A stretch of DNA of 64,000 nucleotides from Dipteris shenzhenensis. Lineage: Eukaryota. The position numbers and the translations under genes are program-made. Shown here piece after piece: positions 24,713 through 38,179 of this stretch. The number at the start of each line of letters is the position of its first letter. Position 1 is the first letter of the stretch. Where the stretch lies: assembly GCA_047967505.1 (NCBI GenBank), contig CM106538.1; one strand, given 5' to 3'. Under the pieces are notes generated by a model. It had not been told where the DNA came from, did no database searches, and saw only the letters and a program-made list of their open reading frames with translations.

Positions 24713-27700
24713 TCCGATGGGCACAAAACTTTGTACATGCCTCAACCTAGGTCGTATTGACTTGCATACAAAGTGGTGCACCCATCCCATAAGTACTTGT
24801 TCGGATAACACACCTCCAAACGTATTTTATGACGATTGTGCATAACACTAGGAACAAAATGGTGTATAATGTGCGATCGACTATGCAAAGCATATCCAAT
24901 GGATACAAGACTTTGCACGTTCCTCAACCTAGGCAGTATTGACTTGTGTGTAAAGTGGCATCCCCATCTGATAAGTAATTGTTTGAAAAATACACCTAGG
25001 ATCGTGTTTTTTGACGGTTGTACATGACACCAAGGCCAAAAATAGTATTTAATACTCAATCTACCATGTAAAGCATATCTGATGGGCACAATACTTTGCA
25101 CGTGCCTTAAAAGCAGTGGTATGGTATTCCATGCAAAGTGGAACGCCCATTCAATAAGTACTTGGTATGATAATACACCTATTAAGAGCGTGTTCTTTGA
25201 CAGATGTGCATAACACTAGGGGGAAAACGGTGTATAATGTGTGATCCCCCATGCAAAGCATAACTGATAGACACAAAACTGTGCATGCACATCAACCTAG
25301 TTGAAATTGACTTTCTTGCAAAGTGGCTCCCCCATCTAACAAGTACTTTTAGAATATCACACCTAGGACCATGTTTTTTATTGGTTGTTGTCCATGACAC
25401 TAAGGCAAAAACGCTGTTTTATGCTTAATCGACAATGCAACACATATCCGATCATCACAATACTTTGCACACATCTCAACCTAGGTATTATTGACTTACA
25501 TGCAAAGTGGCGTGCCCATACCATAAGTACTTAGTCGAATAACACATCTAGGACAGCGTTTTTTGACGGTTGTGCATGACACTAAGGCCAAAATAGTGTT
25601 TAATGCTTGTTCGACAATGCAAAGCATATCCGATGGTGACAATACTTTGCACGCACCTAAGCATAGTTGAAACGAACTTGCGTGAAAAGTGGAGCCCCCA
25701 TCTAATAAGTACTTGTTTGAATAACACACCTATGGCCGTTTTTTTATATGGTTGTGCATGACACTAAGGCAAAAACAGTGTTTTAAGCTTGCTTGATCGA
25801 CAATGCAAAGCATATCTGATGGGCACAATACCTTGCACACTCCTTCAACTAGGTGGAATTAACTTACATACAAAGTGGCATTCCCATCGCATAAGTACTT
25901 GATCGGATAACACACCTTCAACGTGTGTTTCGGATAACATACCTAGTAGCGTGTTTTTTTTACGGATGTGCATGACACTAGAGCAAAAATAGTATTTAAT
26001 GCTCGATTTACCATGCCAAGGATATCCGATGGGCATAATACTTTTCCTACACTACAACCTAGGTGGTATTGAAATGTTCTCAAAGAGGCACACCCATCCG
26101 ATAAGTACTTGGTCAACTAACACTCCTAAGGGTGTGTTTTTTTGCGGATGTGCATATCACTAGGGGAAAAACGGTGTATAATGCGTGATAGACCATGCAA
26201 ATCATATCCGATGGTGACAATACTTTGCATGCACCTCAATGTTGTTGAAACGGACTTGCATGCAAAGTGGAGCCCCCATCCGATAAGTACTTGTTTGATT
26301 AACACACCTAGGACCGTGTTTTTTCATGGTTGTGCATGACACTAAGGCAAAAACGTTGTTTTATGCTTGATCAACAATGCAAAGCATATCCAATGGGCAC
26401 AATACTTTGCACACACCTTCAACTAGGTGGAATTGACTTACATGCAAAGTGGCACTCCCATCCCATAAGTGCTTAATCGGATAACATACCTAGCAGTGTG
26501 TTTTTTTACGGATGTGCATGACACTAGAGCAAAAATAGTATTTATTGCTCGATCGATCATGCAAAGGATATTCGATGGGCACAACACTTTTTGTATGCCT
26601 CAACCTAGGTGGTATTGGAATTTTCTCAAAGAGGCACACCCATCCGATAAGTACTTGGTCAGTTAACACACCTAAGGGCGTGTTTTTTTGCGGATGTGCA
26701 TATCACTCGGAAAAAAATGGTGTATAATGCGTCATCGACCATGCAAAGCACATCCGATGGTGACAATACTTTGCACGCACCTCAATGTAGTTGAAACGGA
26801 CTTGTGTGCAAAGTGGATCCCCCATCCGATAAGTACTTGTTTGAATAACACACCTACGGCCGTGTTTTTATTTGGTTGTGCATGACACTAAGGCAAAAAC
26901 GGTGTTTTATGCTTGATCAACAATGCAAAGCATATCCGATGGGCACAATACCTTGCACACACCTTTAACTAGGTGGAATTGACTTACATGCAAAGTGGCA
27001 TTCCCACCACATAAGTACTTGATCGGATAACACACTAAGCAGAGTGTTTTTTTACGGATGTGCATGACACTAAGGCAAAAATGGTATTTAATGCTCAATT
27101 GACCATGCAAAGCATATCCGATGGGCACAATAATTTTCCTACACCTTAACCTAGGTGGTATTGAAATGTTCTCAAAGAGGCACACCCATCCGATAAGTAC
27201 TTGGTCAGATAACACACCTAAGGGCGTGTTTTTTTGCGGATGTGCATATCACTAGGGAAAAAACAATGGATAATGCGTGATCGACCATGCAAATCATATC
27301 CGATGGTGACAAGACTTTGCACCTACCTCAACATAGTTGAAACAGACTTGGGTGCAAAGTGGAGCCCCCATCTGATAAGTACTTGTTTGATTAACACACC
27401 TAGGACCGTGTTTTTTCATGGTTGTGCATGACACTAAGGCAAAAACGTTGTTTTATGCTTGTTCGACATTGCAAAGCATATCCGATGGGCACAATACTGT
27501 GCACACACCTTCAATTAGGTGGAATTGACTTACATGCAAAGTGGCACTCCCATCCCATAAGTGCTTGATCAGATAACATACCTAGCAGTGTGTTTTTTTA
27601 CGGATGTGCATGACACTAAAGCAAAAATAGTATTTATTGCTCGATCGATCATGCAAAGGATATCCGATGAGCACAAAACTTTTCGTACACCTCAACCTAG

Positions 27701-30700
27701 GTGGTATTGGAATGTTCTCAAAGAGGCACAACCATCCGATAAGTACTTGGTCAGATAACACACCTAAGGGCATGTTTTTTTACAGATGTGCACATCATTG
27801 GGGAAAAAATGGTGTATAATGTGTGATCGACCATGCAAAGCATATCCGATGGTGACAATACTTTGCACGCACCTCAATGTATTTGAAACGGATTTGTGTG
27901 CAAAGTGGAGCCCCCATTCGATAAGTACTTGTTTGAATAACACACCTACGGCCGTGTTTTTATATGGTTGTGCATGACACTAAGGCAAAAACGGTATTTT
28001 ATGCTTGATCGACAATGCAAAGCATATCCGATGGGCACTATACCTTGCACACACCTTCAACTAGGTGGAATTGACTTATATGCAAAGTGGCATTCCCATC
28101 GCATAAGTACTTGATCGGATAACACACCTAGCAGCATGTTTTTTTACGGATGTGCATGACACTAAGGCAAAAATGGTATTTAATGCTCGATCGACCATGC
28201 AAAGCATATCCGATGGGCACAATACTTTTCCTAAACCTTAACGTAGGTGGTATTGAAATGTTCTCAAAGATGCACACGCATCCGATAAGTACTTGGTCAG
28301 ATAACATTCCTAAGGGCGTGTTTTTTTACGGATGTGCATATCACTACGGGAAAAACGTTGTATAATGCGTAATCGACCATGTAGAGCATATCCAATGGTG
28401 ACAATACTTTGCACGCATCTCAACCTAGTTGAAATAGACTTGTGTGCAAACTGGAGCCCCCATCCGATAAGTACTTGTTTGATTATTACACTTAGGACCA
28501 TGTTTTTTCATGGTTGTGCATGACACTAAGGCAAAAACGTTGTTTTATGCTTGTTCGACATTGCAAATCATATCCAATGGGCACAATACTTTGCACACAC
28601 CTTTAACTAGTGGAATTGACTTACATGCAAAGTGGCACACCCATCCCATAAGTGCTTGATTGGATAACATACCTAGCAGCGTGTTTTTTTACGGATGTGC
28701 ATGACACTAGAGCAAAAATAGTATTTAATGCTCGATTGACCATGCAAAGGATATCCGATGGGCACAACACTTTTCCTACACCGCAACCTAGGTGGTATTG
28801 AAATTTTCTCAAAGAGGCACACCCATCCGATAACTACTTGGTCAGATAACACACCTAAGCGCATGTTTTTTTGTGGATGTGCATATCACTTGGGAAAAAA
28901 CAGTGTATAATGCGTGATCGACCATACAAATCATGTCCGATGGTGACAATACTTTGCATGCACCTCAAAATAGTTGAAATGGGCTTGCGTGCAAAGTGAA
29001 GCCCCCATCCGATAAGTACTTGTTTGATTAACACACCTAGGACCGTGTTTTTTCATGGTTGTGCATGACACTAAGGCAAAAACGTTGTTTTATGCTTGAT
29101 CGACAATGCAAAGCATATCCGATGGGCACAATACTTTGCACACACCTTCAACTAGGTGGAATTGACTTACATGCAGAGTGGCACTCCCATCCCATAAGTG
29201 CTTGATCGGATAACATACCTAGCAACGTGTTTTTTTACAGATGTGCATGACACTAGAGCAAAAATAGTATTTATTGCTCAATCGATCATGCAAAGGATAT
29301 CCGATGGGCACAACACTTTTCGTATGCCTCAACCTAGGTGGTATTGGAATGTTCTCAAGGAGGCACACCCATCCGCTAAGTACTTGGTCAGATAACACAC
29401 CTGAGCGCGTGTTTTTTTGCGGATGTGCATCACTCGAGAAAAAATGGTGTATAATGCGTAATCGACCATGCAAAGCATATCTGATGGTGAAAATACTTTG
29501 CACGCACCTCAACGTAGTTGAATCAGACTTGTGTGCAAAGTGGAGCCCCCATCCGATAAGTACTTGTTTGAATAATACACCTACGGCCGTGTTTTTATAT
29601 GGTTGTGCATTACACTAAGGCAAAAACAGTGTTTTATGCTTGATTGACAATACAAAGCATATCCGATGAGCACAATACCTTGCACACACCTTCAACTAGG
29701 TGGAATTGACTTACATGCAAAGTGGCATTCCCATCGCATAAGTACTTGATCGGATAACACACCTAGCAGCGTGTTTTTTTACAGATGTGCATGACACTAA
29801 GGCAAAAATGGTATATAATGCTCGATCGACCATGCAAAGCATATCCGATGGGCACAATACTTTTCCTACACCTTAACCTAGGTGGTATTGAAATGTTCTC
29901 AAAGATGCACACGCACCCGATAAGTACTTGGTCAGATAACATACCTAAGGGCATGTTTCTTTGCAGATGTGCATATCACTACGGGAAAAACGTTGTATAA
30001 TGCGTAATCAACCATGCAGAGCATATCCGATGGTGACAATACTTTGCACGCATCTCAACCTAGTTAAAACGAACTTGCGTGCAAATTGGAGCCCCTATCC
30101 GATAAGTACTTACACACTTAGGACCGTGTTTTTTCATGGTTGTGCATGACACAAAGCAAAAAGGTGTTTTATGCTTGATCGACAATGCAAAGCATATCCG
30201 ATGGGCAGAATGCTTTGCACACACCTTTAACTAGTGGAATTTACTTACATTCAAGGTGGCACACCCATCCCATAAGTGCTTGATCGGATAACATACCTAG
30301 CAGCATGTTTTTTTACGGATGTGCATGACACTAGAGCAAAAATAGTATTTAATGCTCGATCAACCATGCAAAGGATATCCGATGGGCACAACACTTTTCC
30401 TACACCACAACCTAGGTGGTATTGAAATGTTCTCAAAGAGGCACACCCATCCGATAAGTACTTGGTCAGATAACACACCTAGGCATGTTTTTTTGCGGAT
30501 GTGCATATCACTTGGGAAAAAACAGTGTATAATGCGTGATCGACCACACAAATCATATCCGATGGTGACAATACTTTGCACACACCTCAATGTAGTTGAA
30601 ACGGACTTGCGTGCAAAGTGGAGCCCCCATCTGATAAGTACTTTTTGATTAACACACCTAGGACCGTGTTTTTTCATGGTTGTGCATGACACTAAGGCAA

Positions 30701-32274
30701 AAACGTTGTTTTATGCTTGATCGACAATGCAAAGCATATCTGATGGGCACAATACTTTGCACACACCTTCAACTAGGTGGAATTGTCTTATATGCAGAGT
30801 GGCACTCCCATCCCATAAGTGCTTGATCGGATAGCATACCTAGCAACGTGTTTTTTTATGGATGTGCATGACACTCGAGCAAAAATAGTATTTATTGCTT
30901 GATCGATCATGCAAAGGATATCTGATGGGCACAACACTTTTGGTACGCCTCAACCTAGGTGGTATTGGAATGTTCTCAAAGAGGCACACCCATCCGCTAA
31001 GTACTTGGTCAGATAACACACCTGAGGGCGTGTTTTTTTGTGGATGTGCATATCACTCGGGAAAAAATGGTGTATAATGCGTAATCGACCATGCAAAGCA
31101 TATCCGATGGTGACAATACTTTGCACGCACCTCAACGTAGTTGAAACGGAATGGTGTGCAAAGTGGAGCCCCCATCCGATAAGTACTTGTTTGAATAATA
31201 CACCTACGGCCGTGTTTTTATATGGTTGTGCATTACACTAAGGTAAAAACAATGTTTTATGCTTGATCGACAATGCAAAGCATATCCGATGGGCACAATA
31301 CCTTGCACACACCTTCAACTAGGTTGAATTGACTTACATGCAAAGTGGCATTCCCATCGCATAAGTACTTGATCGGATATCACACCTAGCCTGTGTTTTT
31401 TCATGGTTGTGCATGACACTAAGGCAAAAACGGTGTTTTATGCTTGATCGACAATGCAAAGCATATCCGATGGGCACAATACTTTGCACACACCTTTAAC
31501 TAGGTGGAATTGACTTACATTCAAAGTGGCACACCCATCCCATAAGTGCTTGAGCGGATAACATACCTAGTAGCGTGTTTTTTTACAGATGTGCATGACA
31601 CTAGAGCAAAAATAGTATTTAATGCTCGATCGACCATGCAAAGGATATCCGATGGGCACAACACTTTTCCTACACTGCAACCTAGGTGGTATTGAAATGT
31701 TCTCAAAGAGGCACACCCATCCGATAAGTACTTGGTCAGATAACACACCTAACGGCATGTTTTTTTGTGGATGTGCATATCACTAGGGGAAAAAAAGTGT
31801 ATAATGCGTGATCGACCATGCAAATCATATCCGATGGTGACAATACTTTGCACTCACCTCAATGTAGTTGAAACGGACTTGCGTGCAAAGTGGAGCCCCC
31901 ATCCGATAAGTACTTGTTTGATTAACACACCTAGGACCGTGTTTTTTCATGGTTGTGCATGACATTAAGGCAAAAACGTTGTTTTATGCTTGATCGACAA
32001 TGCAAAGCATATCCGATGGGCACAATACTTTGCACACAGCTTCAACTAGGTGGAATTGACTTACATGCAAAGTGGCACTCCCATCCCATAAGTGCTTGAT
32101 TGGATAACATACCTAGCAGCGTATTTTTTTACGGATGTGCATGACACTAGAGCAAAAATAGTATTTAATGCTCGATCGACCATGCAAAGGATATCCGATG
32201 GGCACAACACTTTTCTTACACCTCAACCTAGGTGGTATTGGAATGTTCTCAAAGAGGCACACCCATCTGATAAG
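24713..32274 (+). repeat. Right satellite array, ~182-bp monomers (about 41 units) with 546-bp trimeric higher-order repeat
   Basis: Three monomer types cycle; homologous ORF starts at 26142, 26688 and 27234 are 546 bp apart. Confidence 0.95.
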
Positions 32275-32711
32275 GGAGAGAGAGAAAAGTTTAAGAGAAT
32301 GAAACGTGGCGAGAGGAGAGAGGGAAAGAGAGAAATTAAGAGAGAGAAGAGGGGCTCTTCGAGGCCATGGCCGCCAAAGGGAGAGAGAGAATGAGAAATG
32401 AGAGAGAAGAGTAGGGAGGGAGAGAAAGAGAGAGAGGGAGAGAGACAAGAGATTAAGAGAGAGAAGAGGGGCTCCTTAAATGAGAGACAAGAGTAGGGAG
32501 GGAAAGAAAGAGAGAGCTAAGAGAGGGAGAGAGAGAAGAGAGTCTCCTGGTGGCAATGAGAGAGAAGAGTAGGGAGGGAAAGAAAGAGAGAGCTGAGAGA
32601 GGGAGAGAGAGATTAAGAGAGTCTCCTGGCGGCCGTGGCTACTAGAGGGAGGGAGAGGGAGAGAGAGAGAGAGAAGAGAGGAGGGAGACTTAGGGAGAGA
32701 GAAAGAGAGAA

Positions 32712-32747
<36 letters not shown>

Positions 32748-32849
32748 AGAGAGGGAGAGAGAGGGAATGAAACTTCTGTGCTAGAGGGAGGGAGAGGGAG
32801 AGAGAGAGAGAGAAGAGAGGAGGGAGACTTAGGGAGAGAGAAAGAGAGA

Positions 32850-32924
<75 letters not shown>

Positions 32925-33021
32925 TGAGAGAGAAGAGAGGAGGGAGACTTAGGGAGAGAGAGATAAAGAGAGAGGGAGAGAGAATGAAACTTCTAGCGGC
33001 CGTGGCTACCAAGAGAGAGAG

Positions 33022-33059
<38 letters not shown>

Positions 33060-33575
33060 CTCACGGCCGTGGCCGCCAAGGGAGGGAGGGAGGGGGAGGG
33101 AGGGAGGAAGGCTGAGAGAGATTAAGAGAGAGAATTCAGAGAGAGAGAGAGAGAGACATAGAGAGGGAAAGAATGACAAATCCTAGCGACCAAGAGGATA
33201 GAGGTAGGGAGGTAGAGAGGCTAAGAGAGAGAGAGAGAGAGACAAGGAGAGAGAGAGAGAGAGAGAAGAGGAGAGAGAGAGAGAGGAGAGAGAGAGAGAG
33301 GAGAGAGATGGAGAGAGAGAGAGAAATAATTACGAATCCTAGGGGGAGAGAGAGAGATAAAGAGAGAGAATGAAAAATCTTAGCCCCCATGGGAGGGAGA
33401 GAAAGAGAGACTTGAGATAAACTAAGAGAGAGAATGAGTGGGATGAGGACAAAGAGGGAAACACATAAGAGTTATCAGAGAGAGAGAGAGAGATTAAGAG
33501 AGAGAATGAGGTGTCTTGACTATGGCTACAGTGAGAATTAGGAGTCGAGAGAGAGAGAGAGAAAGTAAAGGGAGA
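32275..33575. repeat. (GA)n-rich tract with interspersed degenerate GGCGGCCGTGGCCGCCA palindromes
   Basis: GA microsatellite runs with motifs at about 32362, 32625, 32995 and 33064 resembling the 22243-23700 core. Confidence 0.85.
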
Positions 33576-34732
33576 GTTTTATATATTTATATGTTTTATA
33601 TTATACTTTTAAAAAATTATAAAAGAGTGAATTTATGGTTTGTTTTGAAGGTGAGATAATATTTTTATATATATTCATCTTGTAAATTGAAAAATGTTAA
33701 CTTTTCTTTAGATACTTGTTCTTCATTTCTCTCACATGCAAGTTTAGCCTCTACATCAAAACCCCTTCTTTTGCATATTTAAGCCTCTTAAACCCCAGCA
33801 CATTAAAACGAACACAGAAAAAGAAATTATTTATTGCTTTTCTTCGCTTCGACGGTTGGTTTAGCATAGTTTAGCATAGATTAGATTGCCTTAGAGGAGA
33901 GACAATTCTCCAAGTTGCCAATCGAAGCCATGTTCAAATTTTTCTAACTAGTTCCTAATCGTTGTCAGTCCCTTCGCTCACATGCGGTTTAACACTCATA
34001 ACATGCTATTAAATAAGACCTTTTACCATTTACCAAGAAGTTTATCAGTGGGCAGATTACATGAGTAGATATCAGTGGACAGATTACATATATCAGTTGA
34101 CAGATTACATGTCATGGGACATATTGGAGCTTGATGATTATTGCTTATTTTTATTGCATTTGTATGAATATTTAAGCTCATTTATTGTCATAAAAAACCT
34201 TGTAAAGCCTTCTATGCTATTTTTTACATTTATTGTCATATGAAGCGCCTTGTAATAAACCCGACCATCCCGACCATTCACTATTTAACGAGTATCAGTG
34301 GGCTGCATAAGTGGATATCATGTGGGCTGCATAAGTGGATATCAGTGGAACAATTTTTAGTGGGTAGATTGCATCAGTTGGGTATCAGTGCACAGATATC
34401 AATGGATGGACAGATTACATGTCATCATGAAGATTGAAGCTTTATGACTAGAGGGCAAATCAATGGATGGACAGATTACATGTCTTCACGAAGATTGAAG
34501 CTTTATCACTAGATGACATTTTATATTATTGTAAAGCTTTATTGGCTAATTTTTTTACATTTGTACAAATATTTAAGCCTTGTAAAGCCTTCTAGGCTAT
34601 TTCCCACATTTATTGCCATATGAAGCCTTGTAAAGCCTTTTGGGCTATTTCCCACATTTATTGTATCAAGCGTTGTATATTGTACTTTACTTGTATGTAT
34701 CTAAATTCTTCATTATCTTTTCTTGTAGGATT

Positions 34733-37700
34733 ATGGAGCAATCAACTAATGTGGGGGCTATCCTAAATGACTTTGAGATCAGAGAATGGGTCTCTGATGT
34801 CACTTTGAATTTGAAAGGAAAGGAATATAGCCCCAATGGCTTTAGTAGGTGGACTCGATATCACATGGGCAGAAGAGCTTGGTTTCTTCATCAAAAGGAA
34901 AAGAGACTCTTTCTACTTATGTCAAAAAGGGAGTTCAATGATGTTGAAGATCCATGGGATGCTACTTTCTTCAAAAAAGATATGACTTCAAGCCTTGTAG
35001 TAGGCATAATGATAGAGCCAAAAGAGACTTTTATGGATATTTTTACAAAGAGTTTAGATCCTGAAGTTGGCGGTCTTCATTTTGTTGTGTCAAGGAGAGA
35101 CTCAAAGACCTTTGTGATGCCTCTCAGAGCTGCAAAGTGCATTGGAGGCTCTTTCATATACTTGGGAGCAATTTCCTAGTGTGGGGGCAAAAAGGATGCA
35201 TGCAAAGATAATGTTTGAGTACTTTCAGGATGCACAAAATGCTCCTCATGTTCAAGGATCTTCACATGAAGGAGATCAAAAAGCTCATACTTCGATGCAG
35301 GGACAAGAAGAACAGGCACACTGTCACAAACGTGTAGAACATGAGCGCAAACTTCTAGAGCAAGAAATGGTGGATGTAACTAAGGATGATGAAACACAAG
35401 CCTTGAGTGCACGGGAATTTAAAAAAATTGAAGAAGATCAAGGTCGATCCACTGCAGTTATGCTAGAAGCTCTTGCTAGCAAACCACGACATGAAATGCA
35501 AAAGGCTAGTACTACAAGAGCCACGGTTCCAAGCAGTAAAAAAAGGCATCGTCCCACTGTAGAGAGAGATAATGTGGATGAAAAACGGTTAAAAGAAGAG
35601 AAAGATGAAGAAGACTCAGAACCCGAGGCTGAAGATGATCAGGATGAACTCACATCAATCAAAAATCTTAATCTACGTCTTAATGAAGCAGTTACAGATG
35701 ATGATGTGGGATATATCTGGGGTCAAAGGATGTGGTTTGTGAATGCCAAAGATGTGGAAGCTGCAGTTGTCTTTACTAATAGCCGAAGCCTTGATATATC
35801 CTATGCACTGCAAATATACGAGGCTTTGAGAGATGGTAGAAACTTGTGGCAAGCAATGTGGTCTTGCGCCCAATAATGTTTTGTCCAATCAAAAATAGTT
35901 TTCTGGATCAAATAACATTTACAGGGCCTACACATTTCGAGGAAACCTTCAGTCGATTCTTTAAAGACACTCTTAAAAATATTCCACATGAACAAGGCGA
36001 AGAGGCACAAGGTGAGAATATGCTAAAGGAAGCAAAGAAGGAATTCCTCCTTCATTGCAGATTCCAGCCCATTGATGGTCAACATTGGTCTTATGCTTGT
36101 AATCAGATCGCAAAGGAAGCAAAGGAGGTCAAAAGACTTATTATCCTGCAACAATCTGTATATTCAAGCATGAGATCAAGTATTTAATTGAGTCCGAAAG
36201 ACTTAATCATTATGTCCATGGAATGCGTAAGATATCCTCAACATTAGAGGTCTTACAGAAGGCAAGGGTTATATGGATAACATTTGGTTCTCCAAATCCT
36301 GATTTGAAGTGAAAGGTCACAAAAGCAGACGCTGACACACTCACGAACTTCTATACTTCTTTGAGTGCAGTTGTGCCTAGGGGAACTCAAGAGTGAGAAG
36401 AAAGTATGACAAGCCTCAAGGTGGTGAGGGACAAATATGCCGACTACACTTCTATCATATTTCGTCCTGTTGAAGTGTTCAATGAGATGCTTGAAACATG
36501 CATTGCTTGTGAGCGTGGACAGTTGACCTATGAAGCTCCTTTGTTTATCTCCGGAAAGTCAAAGGTAATGGATAAGAAGGAGTTGACGGCAAGGATGTGG
36601 ACGCCTATAAAGTACTTACCTGAGAAGTATGCATCCGTGGCAGCACAAAAAATTTTAAAGAAAGAATGGTTTTTTGGAAAAAAAGACAAAGATCACTGCA
36701 TGGAAGAATGCATCAATGTACAGGTGAGGTGTGATGCAGTGCATAGTGCCATTAAGTATTTGCTGTCAGAGAAACAAATTCCACTTACTCATTGTAACAT
36801 TGACTATAATGTGGTGAAGCATATAGCTTCTTTGTCAACACCCAAGGTAAAGCTATGGGCAAACAGGTGGATTAAAAAGGATGAAGATGGGTCAGAAATA
36901 GTAACCTCTTATATGAGAAAAGAAATCCCACAACAGGTGGTTGCATATGTGGAAAGATTAATCAGCGAGATAAGGATGCCGACAAATATGCACCAAAGCT
37001 TTCAATTCAATGTAGAGGTTACGGCACAGTCTGGAAAGCTTGTGAACTTCAGGGGAGTCTCAGAAGATGACTTCTTGAAGAATGAGTCAGCATGGGATAA
37101 GCCATAACTATTCTTTATCAATGAAGTTTCTAGCGATGATATCCATAACTTCATTGATAGAATAGTATATACCACCATTAGCAAAGTGGCAATTTGCAAC
37201 ATTGTCATTTTTGTTGATAAAAAATACAAAGAAGCCATGCAGGTTACTCTAGAGCGAGCATATTCATCAGATTTGAAGATCTATAGTGGTGTTTATGTAG
37301 CAAAGAGAGGCAAGAGAGAATGTGGCATAGTGATTCAATCTCTTGAATCATTCTTTTTGTGTATGCGGAGTCCCAACCTTGATCACTCCTTACAAAAGAA
37401 CATAAGAGGGAATTCAAATAATTTGAGATTGATGCTCGAAGAGCAAGATATTCCCAGGTCCATACATTATCAAAAAAACAACTATGGAAGTCCTGCAAAA
37501 AGTGGGAGTGTCTTGCTTACCATAATGGAGAATTTGCTATCGGCAGGTTGAGAGGTCACCTTGTGCAGGATGGGATATTTATTTGAGGATCTCCTCAAAA
37601 AAGGCAACTCCACAAATATTATTGAAAAAAAGCATTTCATGGCTTATTTTTAGCTTCAAGCAGATCTAACCACAGGCTATGAAAAAAAGATAGACCACAA

Positions 37701-37885
37701 GGACACTGATGACATGGATGATTACCTTGAAGATCATAATGTCCCAGTTGATGATGATGAAAAGATGGACTTACATGACCCGTTCAGAGAGAGGTTGGTG
37801 GATGAAGACAAACATGATGATGCCTTCTTTGATAATTATGGCTCGCAAGGTTATGAAAAAAGGCCACTATGACAATACTTAGCGG
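34733..37885 (+). pseudogene. Large disrupted cargo ORF with a ParB/Srx-like motif (first coding exon of a multi-exon gene)
   Basis: Acceptor ttcttgtag|gattATG at 34728-34735. Consecutive overlapping ORFs 34640-35179, 35142-35876, 35846-36187, 36406-37107 and 37186-37551. Motifs SRSLDISYALQIYEAL...NVVLRP...RFQPIDGQHW. Confidence 0.55.
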
Positions 37886-38179
37886 TATGAACTCTCTATT
37901 TCTCAACTAAATACAATTTTTTAAATAGGATTTAAATTTAAAGATAATGAATCTAATCTCTCATATTTATTTATAGGCAATAGAGGGAGAAGAAATGGAT
38001 GAAGTCAATATGGAGGCACTCCCTTCTACTTCAACAATGCAACCACCTCTAAATTTGATTGAAGAATCCCATGAGCACAAGAGCTTTAAAGACACCATGG
38101 AAAAGCAGAATGATCACAAACATAGAATACAAGCTATGACAGAGGCCATTCTGCAAATTTAGCTACATTGGATAAAATG

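Noticed and set aside
19706-32394. Many 60-115-aa Cys/His-rich ORFs (e.g. MRMCISLGKK...) on both strands
   Set aside because: They are translations of the 182/546-bp satellite, recur in several frames and on both strands, and show no domain or codon-level constraint.
32476-33390. SLSLSL and ERERER ORFs
   Set aside because: Translations of (GA)n microsatellite.
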